A DNA stretch of 64,000 nucleotides from an uncultured Bacilli bacterium (GTDB lineage: Bacteria > Bacillota_I > Bacilli_A > RF39 > UBA660), in assembly GCA_947585065.1 (NCBI GenBank), contig CANPWX010000001.1:7274-71273 (forward strand), in the 5' to 3' direction. Shown piece after piece: positions 45,433 through 56,267 of the stretch (within the stretch, counting starts at the first letter, position 1; each line of letters starts with the position of its first letter). Position numbers and translations under genes: made by a program. The notes beneath the pieces were generated by a model that was given only the letters and a program-made list of their open reading frames with translations, made no database searches and was not told the DNA's origin.

Positions 45433-47777
45433 TATAGTTTAACTACTCCTTTTACTTGTCCATCTTTAATCATTATATTACCTGCGGTTGCGCGTCCTAA
45501 CTTAGGAATATCAGTTGCCACAATGCATATAGATGTTTTACCTACTAATAATAGATTATCTTCATCATTAACCATTGCCGCACCTACTACATCACCTGTT
45601 GATGGTGTAACTTTATATACCGCTACTCCCTTACCAGCTCTCGCTTGGACAGGGAATTCATCTATTGATGTTTTTTTAGCATTTCCATGAACACTAAATA
45701 CAGCTAATGTTTCTTTTACATCTCTAATTGGAAGACCTACTAATACTTCATCATCATCTGCTAATTTAATAGATTTAACACCTGCGGTAACTCGACCTAT
45801 TGCCGCAATATCTTTCGTTTCAAAGTGGATTGACATACCTTTACGAGTTACTATAATCATATCTTCTTCATTCATTAATTCGATATTAGCAATACTATCT
45901 CCTTCTTTAAGATTAATTGCGGCAATGCCTGTATTGCGTTTAGTTTTAGTATATTCTTCTAATAAAGTTTTTTTAAATAAGCCTTGTTTAGTTACAAATA
46001 CTACATATTTACTATTATTTTCTCTTGCTAGGTTGGTAATTGCTATTACTTTTTCATCATTATCTAATTTAATTAATGTTGATACATTAACACCTTTAGA
46101 TACATTAGTTCCGACTGGGATGTTATCTACTATCATTCTATACATTTTACCTTTATTAGTAAACAATAGTAAAGCATCTATTGTGTTAGTTTTAATAGTA
46201 GCCATATTAGCTTCATCTTCAGTTTTAATACCTTTTCCACCCTTACGTTGAGTTCTGAAGCTTGCTTTAGGTATGCGTTTAATATCACCAGTTTGTGATA
46301 GCATTATAACTACATCTTCAGGTATAACTGCTTGAATTTCTTTTTCTTCTTTTGGAAGTTCAATTTGTGCTAATTCAGTGCGGCGGGCGTCACCATACTT
46401 TTTAACAAGATTGCCCAAACGCTCTCTTAATATTTGCATTTTTCTATCAGTACTTTTAATAATATTATTTAATTCTCCTATTTGAGTAATTAATTCATCT
46501 TTTTCAGTTTGAACTTCTATTTTTTCAAGTCTTGCTAATTTAGATAATTTCATATCTAGTACGGCTTTTGCTTGAACTTCTGATAACTTATAGTCAGACA
46601 TAAGCATCTCTTTAGCGGCTGCCGCACTATCACTTGCTTTAATTTTAGCAATAATATTATCTATATCTTCAAGAGCAATTAATAAACCTTGAACAATATG
46701 TAATCTAGCGTTTGCTTTGTCTAAATCGTATTGTGCTTCTCTTTCAATACATTTAATATTATGTTTAATATATATTTCAATACATTGTACTAAATTTAAT
46801 TCAGTAGGGACTTTATTTACAAGAGCAACTTGATTATATGAGAAACTTGTTTGTAAATTAGTTTTTAAATATAATCTTTGAGCTACTGAATCTGGATTAA
46901 TGCCCTTTCCGCATTCAACTACTATTCTTAAACCTTTTTTATTACTTTCATTTCTTATATTAATAATACCCTCAATCTCTTTAAGTTCACTTACTTCACC
47001 TATTTCAGTCATTAAGTTTTCTGTTGATGTTCCATAAGGTATTTCATAAAATACTATATTTTGTCCTTCTACTTTATATCTGGCTCTAATTTTTACACTA
47101 CCATGACCTGTTGCCATAATATTAGGTATATCATTTTTATTGATAATAATACCACCTGTTGGGAAATCTGGACCAGGTAATGTAACTTCTTTTTCATCCA
47201 TATAATCAAATATAGCTTGAGCTACTTCAACGAGATTATGTGGTGCCCAATTGCACGCCATGGCAACTCCGATCCCGTTATTTGGATTGCATAATAAGTT
47301 AGGAAATACGGCTGGTAATGTAACAGGTTCTTCAGCATCTTCAGAGTAGTTAGGTATAAAATCTACATTATTCTTTTTAATACCAGCTAATAATCCATCT
47401 TCGCTAATTTTAGCAAGTCTTGCTTCAGTATAACGCATATGCGCAGGACCATCACCGTCGATGTTTCCATTACTACCATGCCAGTTTATAAGAGGATAAC
47501 GCATAACCCAAGGTTGTGATAAACGAACCATTGCGCCGTATATAGACGAGTCACCGTGAGGATGATAGGTCCCCATTACATCTCCGACTATCTTCGCTGA
47601 TTTAACATGAGGTTTAGAATAAAGATAACCCTTTTCATATGCACCCCATAAAATTCTTCTTGCAACTGGTTTTAATCCAGATGTAGCATCTGGTATTGCA
47701 CGATCAGTATTACAAGCAACGGCATATTCAATAAAATTTCTACCTAATTCATTAACTATATCATTTTGCATATTCAT
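45432..47777 (-). CDS. gyrA: Type IIA topoisomerase subunit A (GyrA/ParC-like)
   Basis: Catalytic-Tyr-region motifs: AMRYTEARL, HPHGD..YGAMVR, QPW. C-terminal beta-pinwheel repeats. 781 aa, all Trp are TGG. Confidence 0.8.
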   Translation of the reverse strand: MNMQNDIVNELGRNFIEYAVACNTDRAIPDATSGLKPVARRILWGAYEKGYLYSKPHVKSAKIVGDVMGTYHPHGDSSIYGAMVRLSQPWVMRYPLINWHGSNGNIDGDGPAHMRYTEARLAKISEDGLLAGIKKNNVDFIPNYSEDAEEPVTLPAVFPNLLCNPNNGIGVAMACNWAPHNLVEVAQAIFDYMDEKEVTLPGPDFPTGGIIINKNDIPNIMATGHGSVKIRARYKVEGQNIVFYEIPYGTSTENLMTEIGEVSELKEIEGIINIRNESNKKGLRIVVECGKGINPDSVAQRLYLKTNLQTSFSYNQVALVNKVPTELNLVQCIEIYIKHNIKCIEREAQYDLDKANARLHIVQGLLIALEDIDNIIAKIKASDSAAAAKEMLMSDYKLSEVQAKAVLDMKLSKLARLEKIEVQTEKDELITQIGELNNIIKSTDRKMQILRERLGNLVKKYGDARRTELAQIELPKEEKEIQAVIPEDVVIMLSQTGDIKRIPKASFRTQRKGGKGIKTEDEANMATIKTNTIDALLLFTNKGKMYRMIVDNIPVGTNVSKGVNVSTLIKLDNDEKVIAITNLARENNSKYVVFVTKQGLFKKTLLEEYTKTKRNTGIAAINLKEGDSIANIELMNEEDMIIVTRKGMSIHFETKDIAAIGRVTAGVKSIKLADDDEVLVGLPIRDVKETLAVFSVHGNAKKTSIDEFPVQARAGKGVAVYKVTPSTGDVVGAAMVNDEDNLLLVGKTSICIVATDIPKLGRATAGNIMIKDGQVKGVVKL

Positions 47778-47785
47778 TCTCCTTT

Positions 47786-49705
47786 CTATTCAGCATTATA
47801 TTCAGCTTCAGCACTATGAAGTTTAATAAACTCTTTACGTGCTGTAACACCAGTACCCATAAGCTGGTCGAACAATAAATCGGCGGCTGCCGCATCTTCA
47901 ACAGTTATTTGTTTGATTATTCTATTGTTAGGATCGATTAATGTTTCTTCAGTTTCATCAACTGACATCTCCCCTAAACCTTTCATACGATTAACTGTGT
48001 ATTTTTTATCTCCGATAGTTGCTTTAAACTTCTCTAACTCTTCATCATTCTTAATATATTTATATTCTTTTCCTATTGTTACTTTATATAAAGGTGGTAC
48101 ACCTGCATATATATAACCATCTTCTATGAGTTGTGGACAAAAATTCCAGATAAAGGTGTAGAATAGGTTCTTGATATGCGCACCATCGACATCGGCATCG
48201 GATTCTATAATTATCTTTCCGTAGCGTAAACTATCTTTATCATAAGTAACTTTCATAGTTTTAGTATCAATATATAAACCAAAAGCATCAATCATAGTCA
48301 TAATTTCCGCGTTCTTTTGTATTTTATCTAGCGTTGCCTTTTGGGTGTTAAGTATCTTGCCTCGAACTGGCATAACTGCTTGAAATTCATTATTACGAGC
48401 TGACTTTAAGTTTCCACTGGCCGAGTCCCCCTCAGTAATATATATCTCACATTGACCTCTATCTTTTGAATAGCAATCAGCAAGTTTACTATCGAATTTT
48501 AATGCTTTTTCTTTTTTCTTATTATTTTCTCTTACTCTTTCTCTAGCGTTTTTTGCGGCTTCGCGCGCTTTCTTTGCGGCTATGGCTTTATCAGCAATGA
48601 TTTTTAATTCTTTTTCATTGTTATTAAACCATACTTGAAGATTATCTGCTATTGATTGAGCAAATGGTGTCATATCAATTTTAGTTACTGTTGACTTAAC
48701 TTGGGCATCATAACCAATATTAGGTGCTGTTATATTAAATACAATATACATACCTTCTTGTAGGTCATCACCTGTTAAGTTTTCTTCTTTATCTTTAATC
48801 CATTTTTTATCTCTAAAGAATTTATTTAATTCTCTTGTTAATATAGTTTTAATTTGAGTTATATGAGGTCCTTTCTCTGTAAGACCTGTGTTTACATAAG
48901 GCACTAATGTTAATGAATAATTAGATGTATAAGTTAATACCATATCTAATTTATTTTTACCTTCTGTAAAATTCATACTAAATCTATTTGTAATTAATTC
49001 TTTATCTTTAACTGCTTCATCAACAAGGTCATTAAGTCCATGTTCTGAATAGAAACTATTTACATATGTTTCTTTATTGCCTTCTACAACAGATAAGTTA
49101 ATTCTAAGTCCAGGACATAAACATACAATAGTGTTAAATAAATCAGTTACCTTATTTAATTCTATTGTTGTATGTGTAAAGAATTCTTCACTAGGTTGCC
49201 ATTTAACTAATGTTCCACTAGGTATTCTCGCATCATCTCTAATAACTCTATCCTTAAATACACCTTCTTCAAACTTAATAAATTCAGATTTTTCATCTCT
49301 CCAAGTTTGAACTTCTAACCAATGTGATAAGAAAGTTGTTATTTTTGAACCAATACCAAAACTACCTAATGAAGTTCCTTCATAGGTTCCATCTTCACGA
49401 TATTTACCAGAAGTATTTAACACACTAAATGCTGCTTCAAGAACTGTTTTGCCATCTTCACGGACTTCATTAACTAAAAATCCTTGACCGAAATCTTGAA
49501 CTGAAACTGTACTATTGTCATTATTAACTTCAATTTTAATTAAATTTCCAAAACCATTTCTAAATTCATCAACAGAATTTGAAACTATTTCAACTAAAAG
49601 TTGAGTTGAATATGTACAATCACCTGCATATACTTGTGGGCGAAGTCTCGTGAACTCCAATGGCGCTAATGACTCTATGCTATCTTTCGTATATAATTTC
49701 CCCAT
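47786..49705 (-). CDS. gyrB: Type IIA topoisomerase subunit B (GyrB/ParE-like)
   Basis: GHKL ATPase motif EIVSNSVDE. TOPRIM ITEGDSASG. PLxGK-like PVRGKILN. 639 aa. Confidence 0.8.
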   Translation of the reverse strand: MGKLYTKDSIESLAPLEFTRLRPQVYAGDCTYSTQLLVEIVSNSVDEFRNGFGNLIKIEVNNDNSTVSVQDFGQGFLVNEVREDGKTVLEAAFSVLNTSGKYREDGTYEGTSLGSFGIGSKITTFLSHWLEVQTWRDEKSEFIKFEEGVFKDRVIRDDARIPSGTLVKWQPSEEFFTHTTIELNKVTDLFNTIVCLCPGLRINLSVVEGNKETYVNSFYSEHGLNDLVDEAVKDKELITNRFSMNFTEGKNKLDMVLTYTSNYSLTLVPYVNTGLTEKGPHITQIKTILTRELNKFFRDKKWIKDKEENLTGDDLQEGMYIVFNITAPNIGYDAQVKSTVTKIDMTPFAQSIADNLQVWFNNNEKELKIIADKAIAAKKAREAAKNARERVRENNKKKEKALKFDSKLADCYSKDRGQCEIYITEGDSASGNLKSARNNEFQAVMPVRGKILNTQKATLDKIQKNAEIMTMIDAFGLYIDTKTMKVTYDKDSLRYGKIIIESDADVDGAHIKNLFYTFIWNFCPQLIEDGYIYAGVPPLYKVTIGKEYKYIKNDEELEKFKATIGDKKYTVNRMKGLGEMSVDETEETLIDPNNRIIKQITVEDAAAADLLFDQLMGTGVTARKEFIKLHSAEAEYNAE

Positions 49706-49737
49706 TATTTTTCTCCTTTCATAATTTTCTTTATTTA

Positions 49738-49766
49738 ATTATATCATAATTTTTATTGTAAGTCAA
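49738..49766 (-). promoter_or_regulatory. Sigma-A-type promoter (TTGACT-N17-TATAAT) for gyrB-gyrA
   Basis: Reverse complement reads TTGACTTACAATAAAAATTATGATATAAT. Confidence 0.55.
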
Positions 49767-49773
49767 AAATTCC

Positions 49774-50295
49774 CTAAAAAGTAGGGAATTGTTCATTTTC
49801 TTCAAAAATTTTCTTTATTTTTGCTTCATTATTTACTGCAAGAGCATCTGCTAATTCATTACCTAATATACCACAATGACCTGGAATTTTATCTACTCTA
49901 AAATTAGGATAATCTATTTTACAATATTCCCATATCTCTTTTACTATTCCAAGATTTTCTATTTCTTTATTGCCAGGTCTTTTCCAACTATTAGTATGCC
50001 ATTTATATATCCAATCATTAAACATATTCACACAATAGGCAGAATCTGATTTAATCAAAACATTTTGTCCTTCATATTTATGAACTGCAAGACCAAGAGC
50101 ATGAAGCAATGCTCTTAATTCCATTTGATTATTAGTTGCTCCAACAAATTGTGCTTTATAATCATATTCGACACGGAAACCGCTTTTACGATTTTGGTCT
50201 GGAACTAAGGCGCAAACACCGAAGCCCGCCGCACTATTATCATTTCCATTTCCTTTTGAACTACCATCACAGTATATTTCAACCATAATATACAT
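49774..50295 (-). CDS. rnhA: Ribonuclease HI
   Basis: CDGSSKGNG and C-terminal LADALAV are RNase H1 catalytic-region motifs. Confidence 0.65.
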   Translation of the reverse strand: MYIMVEIYCDGSSKGNGNDNSAAGFGVCALVPDQNRKSGFRVEYDYKAQFVGATNNQMELRALLHALGLAVHKYEGQNVLIKSDSAYCVNMFNDWIYKWHTNSWKRPGNKEIENLGIVKEIWEYCKIDYPNFRVDKIPGHCGILGNELADALAVNNEAKIKKIFEENEQFPTF

Positions 50296-50337
50296 CTCCT
50301 TTTAATATATTATATAATAAAAAATTAAAAAAGACAA

Positions 50338-50778
50338 CTATTTATTGTCTTTTTCTTTTTCTAAAATATATTTAATTGTATCAGGTCTAGTAGTTATTGC
50401 GTTAGTTAAACTTTCAGTTAATGTTCTTACATTATTTCTAAAAAATTCTTTTTCATCTTCAAGTATATATATTTCTTTTTCTAAGATTTTAATCCCCATA
50501 TTATCTTTATTATAATTATTTCTTTGCATTAAATCTTTATATATTTTATACAAAGGCTCTAATTTATATTCTGCAATTCTAGCTTTTTGTTTCATATATT
50601 GGATGCCAGCACGCATTTCCGCATATCTACAACCAGCATAGTTAGATTCAATTTCTTTATCATCTGGATGTAATTGCGCTTTTCCGCGGAATTGTCCAAT
50701 ATCAGTTGCTATTACTACTATTGATTCGCCTATGTCTTTATTATAATCAGACATAATATTTTTGATTTTAATTTTCAT
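50338..50778 (-). CDS. Hypothetical protein (146 aa)
   Basis: Intact ORF. Confidence 0.35.
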   Translation of the reverse strand: MKIKIKNIMSDYNKDIGESIVVIATDIGQFRGKAQLHPDDKEIESNYAGCRYAEMRAGIQYMKQKARIAEYKLEPLYKIYKDLMQRNNYNKDNMGIKILEKEIYILEDEKEFFRNNVRTLTESLTNAITTRPDTIKYILEKEKDNK

Positions 50779-50790
50779 ATAATCCTCCTG

Positions 50791-50979
50791 TTATTTAATT
50801 CCTTTTACAATAGTTTTAGTATCTGGTACTAATAACCAGAATAAAAACCAAAACCACCCATTTAATGGAACTGTTATATCTAAAAATTCAGCAGTCTTAA
50901 TGTCACCAATTGTAAAATTAATATTTAAGATATCTATTAACCATAATATAATAAATAAAGTTTTTAAAATTTTAAACAT
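50791..50979 (-). CDS. Small membrane protein (62 aa)
   Basis: Two hydrophobic segments. Confidence 0.3.
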   Translation of the reverse strand: MFKILKTLFIILWLIDILNINFTIGDIKTAEFLDITVPLNGWFWFLFWLLVPDTKTIVKGIK

Positions 50980-51529
50980 TTAATTCCTCTTTCTTTCTAT
51001 CTATTTCTTCAATAATTTCATCTAATGAAACTGGAGTTAAATTATGACTATCCATCCCAATATGATACATATATGGATTATTATTATAAAAATTTGTATC
51101 TTGATGAGTATGACCATATAAATTAATTATTCCTTGCTTATTAGGGTTATCATCAATAGTTCTAGTTATACTTGGAAAATGACTTAGATAAAATCTTCTT
51201 TTCCCAATTTTTAACATATGTGACCATCCTAAAAAAGTCATTTCAGGAAATGCTGTTTTAAGTGCGGTAATACGGTCATCAGTATCATGATTTCCATATA
51301 CATAATATTTCTTACCTTTTAATAATTTTAATATTTCAATTCCGCCTTCTGTGTCACTAAGAATACTATCACCTAGAATATAAACTTCATCTTCATCAGT
51401 TATAATATTATTCCATCTCTTGACAATTTCATAATTCATATCTGTTACATTATCAAATCCACGTCCGCCCCAAAGGAATTCCTTTTTATGACATAAATGT
51501 AGATCTGATGTAAAATAAATCTTAGACAT
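50972..51529 (-). CDS. Calcineurin-like metallophosphoesterase (candidate RNA 2',3'-phosphatase of a Pnkp-type repair set)
   Basis: MPP motifs DLHLCH, GDSILSD, GNHD, GHTH. Adjacent to a Pnk-like kinase. Confidence 0.55.
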   Translation of the reverse strand: MSKIYFTSDLHLCHKKEFLWGGRGFDNVTDMNYEIVKRWNNIITDEDEVYILGDSILSDTEGGIEILKLLKGKKYYVYGNHDTDDRITALKTAFPEMTFLGWSHMLKIGKRRFYLSHFPSITRTIDDNPNKQGIINLYGHTHQDTNFYNNNPYMYHIGMDSHNLTPVSLDEIIEEIDRKKEELNV

Positions 51530-51546
51530 AATTATCTTGCTCCTTT

Positions 51547-52056
51547 CTATTTTAAAAATTTTTCTACTGTAAATGTATTAGTTTCTGTATTATAAATATG
51601 TAATTCATCTATTCCTTGAAAGCCTTTAGGTAAATCAATACTATAATACATTCTTTTTATTGCATCTTCTGGTACTTTTTCACGCCCAGTACGTTTATTA
51701 TTAAATTCAAGTATTTGTTTCAATGGACGATTGATATAAATTACTATAACTTTATCGGGATATGCGCGGCGTTCTTTTAAAGCATTTAACAACTTTGACC
51801 TTGCCGCAGTATTTAATGAAGTTTGGTCTGCTATAACTAGACCTTCTCCTTCATTGAGCGCCGCCGCAATCTCATCAACAAATTTATTATAAACTTCTTT
51901 TTCGTGAGAAAAATAATCTTCCCCATCTTTTAAAATATCATATCTTATTTCATCTCTTGATATATATTTAACTTTATTTGGAAAATTTTGTTTTGCAAAA
52001 GTTGTCTTTCCGCATCCGGGCGCTCCCATCATCATATATAATTTACTCATTCTCAT
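51547..52056 (-). CDS. Polynucleotide 5'-kinase (T4 Pnk kinase-domain-like P-loop kinase)
   Basis: MMMGAPGCGKTTFAKQNFPNKVKYISRDEIRYDI aligns with the T4 Pnkp N-terminus IGCPGSGKSTWAREF..INRDDYRQSI. Confidence 0.55.
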   Translation of the reverse strand: MRMSKLYMMMGAPGCGKTTFAKQNFPNKVKYISRDEIRYDILKDGEDYFSHEKEVYNKFVDEIAAALNEGEGLVIADQTSLNTAARSKLLNALKERRAYPDKVIVIYINRPLKQILEFNNKRTGREKVPEDAIKRMYYSIDLPKGFQGIDELHIYNTETNTFTVEKFLK

Positions 52057-52411
52057 CCACCTCTTTCATTATTCTATGTCCACAATCATTTGAATAATTA
52101 CTATTCCAACATTTACCATTAACATTAAATGGACAATCTACATTAGAACAATCCATTAAATCTTTTATTTCAATTCTATTGCCATTAACAAAACGACCTA
52201 ATTGATATTCTTGTTTAAAATCTTCAACATCATATCCGCCTATTTCTCGTATTTCCGCATGGTTTACTTCTTCTCCACAATAAATGCAATATAATTTTTT
52301 TAAATGTCTAGGACCTCTTTGTTGACCTTTTTTTCGTTGAAGTGTCAATCCTTCTTTTCCACATTTAGTGCAAAAGAATCTACTTGGAGATACACTACAA
52401 TTTTTGCTCAT
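52043..52411 (-). CDS. Zinc-ribbon protein (122 aa)
   Basis: Several CxxC pairs: CTKCG..CIYCG..C..C. Confidence 0.35.
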   Translation of the reverse strand: MSKNCSVSPSRFFCTKCGKEGLTLQRKKGQQRGPRHLKKLYCIYCGEEVNHAEIREIGGYDVEDFKQEYQLGRFVNGNRIEIKDLMDCSNVDCPFNVNGKCWNSNYSNDCGHRIMKEVDENE

Positions 52412-52477
52412 TCTTCATCACCTTTCCTTTACATATTTATTTTATCATTATTTTTATTAAAAATCAAAAAAGAAGAA

Positions 52478-52717
52478 TTAATCTTCCTCTTCTATAAGTT
52501 CATAATTTTGTAACCATTTATCTGCTACGTCTGAGAATTGTAAATCATTTTCTTTAATTTCATCTAGACTCATATCCAATACATCAGCAATATAAGTTTC
52601 TCTATTGTCCATGTATCCAAACCAATTGTCTACACCATTTGCTTCTAAGCATTGTAATCTAGCAGTGTTAATTAGTAAATCTCTTAATTCTTCTGGTTTT
52701 ATTTTAAAATAATTCAT
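52478..52717 (-). CDS. Hypothetical acidic protein (79 aa)
   Basis: Intact ORF. Confidence 0.35.
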   Translation of the reverse strand: MNYFKIKPEELRDLLINTARLQCLEANGVDNWFGYMDNRETYIADVLDMSLDEIKENDLQFSDVADKWLQNYELIEEED

Positions 52718-52779
52718 ATAAAAAATCCTTTCTTTATAATATTATATAATAAATTTTTTAAAAAATAAAAGAAGAATTA

Positions 52780-54039
52780 TTATTCTCCTTTTTCAATTAA
52801 ATATTGATTACTAACTGCTTTAAATGATCTAACTCCATCATAAGTTCTAAATACTAAACCTTCTCTTAAAGTCCCAGGTTCTAATATTGATTCACCAGTT
52901 GCAAAATTTAGCATATCATCAATAGTAGGTAATAATGTCATATCTTCTGCAATTATTGGAACACATGGGATATTATAAGTATTAGTTAATATTTCAGTCA
53001 TTTCTATTGAATTATATCTTTTTGCTACTCTATTTTTATCTCCAACTATCAAATTAAATGCTGCAAAATCATGACCTTTAATTCCATAAGTTTTCTTTTG
53101 TACGCCTTCTCCATAAGTTTCACCTTGAATAGTTACAAAATCAAATTCTTTATATAAATCTAATATATCTTTTAAAACTGCTTCAATATTATATTTTTGT
53201 GCCATTTCAGTATATATATTAGTTTCATAGAATAATTTATCTTCTTTTTCAGGTTTATCAAAACATACATTTCTTGAGCAAACATAGAATTCATATTTGC
53301 CTCTTTTACCACGTTTCATAGTAAATGTAGTAGAAGAACCATCTATTTTTTCAGTTGCTATCCATTTTGTATCATCTGGCGGAAATAATTGAGGTAAGTT
53401 TTGGATTCTTTCCTCGTCTGTACGTTTCACCCAATCTGGCCAAAATGATGCTTTTTTATCGCTCTTTTTTCCTAAAAATAAGAATAATAATTTTTTACCC
53501 CACATTCTTTTATATAACCATTGAACTAATTTATTATGTTTAAATAATTTCCAATGCCTTTGAGCCATTTTCTTATATTTATCGCCGCTAGATTTTCTTT
53601 TATTATCTTCAGCAACAGAATAAGTAACTCCTAAAATATCAGTTAATGGATATCCATCTTCTAACACTTTTTCAACACTATTATTTAATATCATAGCATT
53701 TAATTGGCCCCTCCATACTGGCATTCCATCACCTTTATCAAAATCAGTTAATGCCATTAGTAAACCTTGAGATATGAAGCAACCTTTTCCGCCGAATGTA
53801 TATTTTTGAGTTTTAACTTTATAATGTTTCTTTTCTAAGAAGGCATATTCTTCAGTTTCAGGTACTTTAGAATCGATTTCAAAATATACTGCTAAGTCTC
53901 CAGGCTTGAAAGTTTCTTTTCTAACCATTATTTTCCATCCACCAACTACTGCCGCTTCACAATTATCTGAACCTACTATTGGTTCAATTGTATCTATTTT
54001 TACTAAATAAGCAAGCTCTCTTTTGCCATTTTTTATCAT
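52780..54039 (-). CDS. ATP-dependent RNA ligase-like nucleotidyltransferase
   Basis: Motif I KxDG (ATEKIDGSSTTF) of covalent nucleotidyltransferases. Size and the adjacent kinase + phosphatase genes suggest an RNA-repair ligase. Confidence 0.5.
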   Translation of the reverse strand: MIKNGKRELAYLVKIDTIEPIVGSDNCEAAVVGGWKIMVRKETFKPGDLAVYFEIDSKVPETEEYAFLEKKHYKVKTQKYTFGGKGCFISQGLLMALTDFDKGDGMPVWRGQLNAMILNNSVEKVLEDGYPLTDILGVTYSVAEDNKRKSSGDKYKKMAQRHWKLFKHNKLVQWLYKRMWGKKLLFLFLGKKSDKKASFWPDWVKRTDEERIQNLPQLFPPDDTKWIATEKIDGSSTTFTMKRGKRGKYEFYVCSRNVCFDKPEKEDKLFYETNIYTEMAQKYNIEAVLKDILDLYKEFDFVTIQGETYGEGVQKKTYGIKGHDFAAFNLIVGDKNRVAKRYNSIEMTEILTNTYNIPCVPIIAEDMTLLPTIDDMLNFATGESILEPGTLREGLVFRTYDGVRSFKAVSNQYLIEKGE

Positions 54040-54069
54040 CTTTATCTTTCCTTTCTTTATATTATTATA

Positions 54070-54729
54070 TTATTTTTCTTTTATTTTATCAATTAAATCT
54101 AATAAAGTTTTAAAATTATTAAATTTTATATGAGTACCTTTGACACCGCGGGAATCAACTTCCGCAACTCTATATTCTTTTAATTTATAAAATAATGTTC
54201 TGAATACCGATGTTGATATATTCCATTGCTCTGAATAATAACTAACTCTTATATCTCCTTCTTTAGAACCATTAAATTCTTTTAATATATTATTTAAAAC
54301 CTTAATTTCTGTTTTAGTTAGTATATTGATTAGCTCTTGTTCATTCGACGGAACGTCGAATGAATGATTAATAATGTTATAGATAGCATGATATAATTCT
54401 ATATCATCTTTAAATATATTTTTATTTAAGAATATATTTGTTGTTAATAATTCTTCATATTTTGGATTAATATATTTATATGGTGCTAATACCAATTCTT
54501 CTAAATTATCTTTTAATAAACGAATATCTATTATATTATCATCATTAGTAAAATTTAAAGCAATAGTCATATATAATTCTTGTTGAGTTGGGAGATAACA
54601 TGCGGAAACCGGTATGACATCCACAGTTCTAGACCATAAGTCCGGTTGACCGGTTGCCGCAACTCATAATATTCTATCTTCACCATATATATTAATATAT
54701 TCATTAAATTTATTTTTTAATATATCATT
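54070..54729 (-). CDS. Hypothetical protein (219 codons incl. 2 TGA); N-terminal coding overlaps GC-rich repeat motifs
   Basis: ATG at 54727-54729 overlaps the stop of the upstream phosphatase (ATGATTAATGA). The ORF reads through TGA into track ORF 54070-54624. Confidence 0.35.
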
Positions 54730-55422
54730 AATCATTTATATCATCTTCTCCTTTAAAGTATTTTATTTCAAAAGTATCTAAATTAATGGTTGCCGCCTTA
54801 TTAGAAAAAGCACTACCTAAATCAATATCAATTTTATGACCATTATAATATTTTAATACTTCTAAATTATCATTTATTTTTATAGATTGAACAGGAGTAT
54901 GCCCATGAATTACATACCAATTTTCATATTGATTATTAAAAGAACTATCTAATTTTATATGCTTTCTATCTCATAAAAGAGAATTTTCATCAAGATTATT
55001 AATATTATCAATATCAATTCCTGCATGACTTAAAAAAATATTTTTCTTTTCATTATTTATATATATATAATAATTTTTTATTTTTTTAAGATTTTCAACT
55101 AGAGAAATTTTATCTTCGGCAGAAAGTTTAATATAATCTTCTAATGTTTTTCTACATCCATTATAATCTATCATAATTCCTTCTTCTCTTAAAGAATACA
55201 TAACACCATTATTTATAAAATCTAAAAACATATCTTCATGATTGCCTTTTAAATATATAATTCTATCATCTTGAAACATTTCTTGCATAATTTTAATACC
55301 ATCTGGGCCTCTATCACAAGCATCTCCAAGGTAAATAAGAATATCGTCTTTATTATAATAATTTTTTATTTTATTTCATAAATTATAATTACCATGTAAG
55401 TCACTAAATGCTATTGTTTTCA
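54728..55422 (-). CDS. PPP-family (lambda-phosphatase-like) Ser/Thr/Tyr phosphatase (1 TGA)
   Basis: RBS GGAGGAG then ATG at 55420-55422. Motifs DLHG, GDACDRG, GNHE, VIHGHTP. It joins track ORF 54971-55288 through TGA at 54971. Confidence 0.55.
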
Positions 55423-55511
55423 TATTTATCACTCCTCCAACTTAACTTAATTATATAATATTTTTTATTAAAAATCAATTTATACATATAAGTTCTCAAT
55501 TTATATTTATA

Positions 55512-55540
55512 TTGATTTTTTATTAAAAATTTTATATAAT
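55512..55540 (+). promoter_or_regulatory. Sigma-A-type promoter TTGATT-N17-TATAAT
   Basis: Exact -35, 17-nt AT-rich spacer, exact -10. RBS and ATG at 55568 follow. Confidence 0.6.
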
Positions 55541-55567
55541 TATTATAGAAATGAAGAGGTGATAAAG

Positions 55568-56254
55568 ATGAAGTTCAAAGATAAAGAAGATGATATTAAA
55601 GAAATTATTAATGCATTATATAATTGTTATTTAGAAGAGTTAGAAGATGAACCAGATATTTTAGATGACGATGTTATAGCTCCTTTTGAAGAGAAATATC
55701 ATAAACCTTTTGATTGGACTTTTGGAGCTACAAAATTAGTTTTAATATTTAAAGACTTAGGTTTTGTAATTAAAATACCTTTTAGATATTCTTCAGGAGT
55801 AGAACTTAATGGAGCAAAATTATCTGAGGAAAACTGGAATTATTGTGAACAAGAAAGTATATTGGCTAAAAAGTTAATAGAAAAAGGATTTGGTTTTGCT
55901 ATTGCTGAAACTGAATTATTAACCTGCATAAATGGTTATCCAATTTATATTCAACCTTATGCTAATATATTATTATCACTTGAAGATACTAAAAAATACT
56001 GTCATTATGTAGAGAGAGATTTATCAAAAGTTAAATCTGTATATTGTAAAGAAATGAATATTTCAAAATTAACTGATGATTATGATATAGATTTTAAATG
56101 GCATGCAACTTTTCTTTCAATATATGGGGAAGAAAAATATGATTTGCTTATTAAATATATTAATCTTTTTAATATATATGATTTAAGAAGTGCAAATATT
56201 GGATACATGAATAATAATCCAGTATTAGTAGATTATGCAAGTTTTAATTATTAA
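55568..56254 (+). CDS. Hypothetical protein (229 aa)
   Basis: RBS GAAGAGGTG then ATG at 55568. Intact ORF. Confidence 0.5.
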   Translation: MKFKDKEDDIKEIINALYNCYLEELEDEPDILDDDVIAPFEEKYHKPFDWTFGATKLVLIFKDLGFVIKIPFRYSSGVELNGAKLSEENWNYCEQESILAKKLIEKGFGFAIAETELLTCINGYPIYIQPYANILLSLEDTKKYCHYVERDLSKVKSVYCKEMNISKLTDDYDIDFKWHATFLSIYGEEKYDLLIKYINLFNIYDLRSANIGYMNNNPVLVDYASFNY

Positions 56255-56267
56255 GGAGGCGTTTAAT

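Noticed and set aside
45432-49705. Calling the topoisomerase pair ParC/ParE (topo IV) rather than gyrase
   Set aside because: This cannot be decided by eye. The gyrB-gyrA-like order and phage context favour a gyrase/T4-like topo II, but subunit A is short (781 aa). The features are annotated generically as type IIA topoisomerase.
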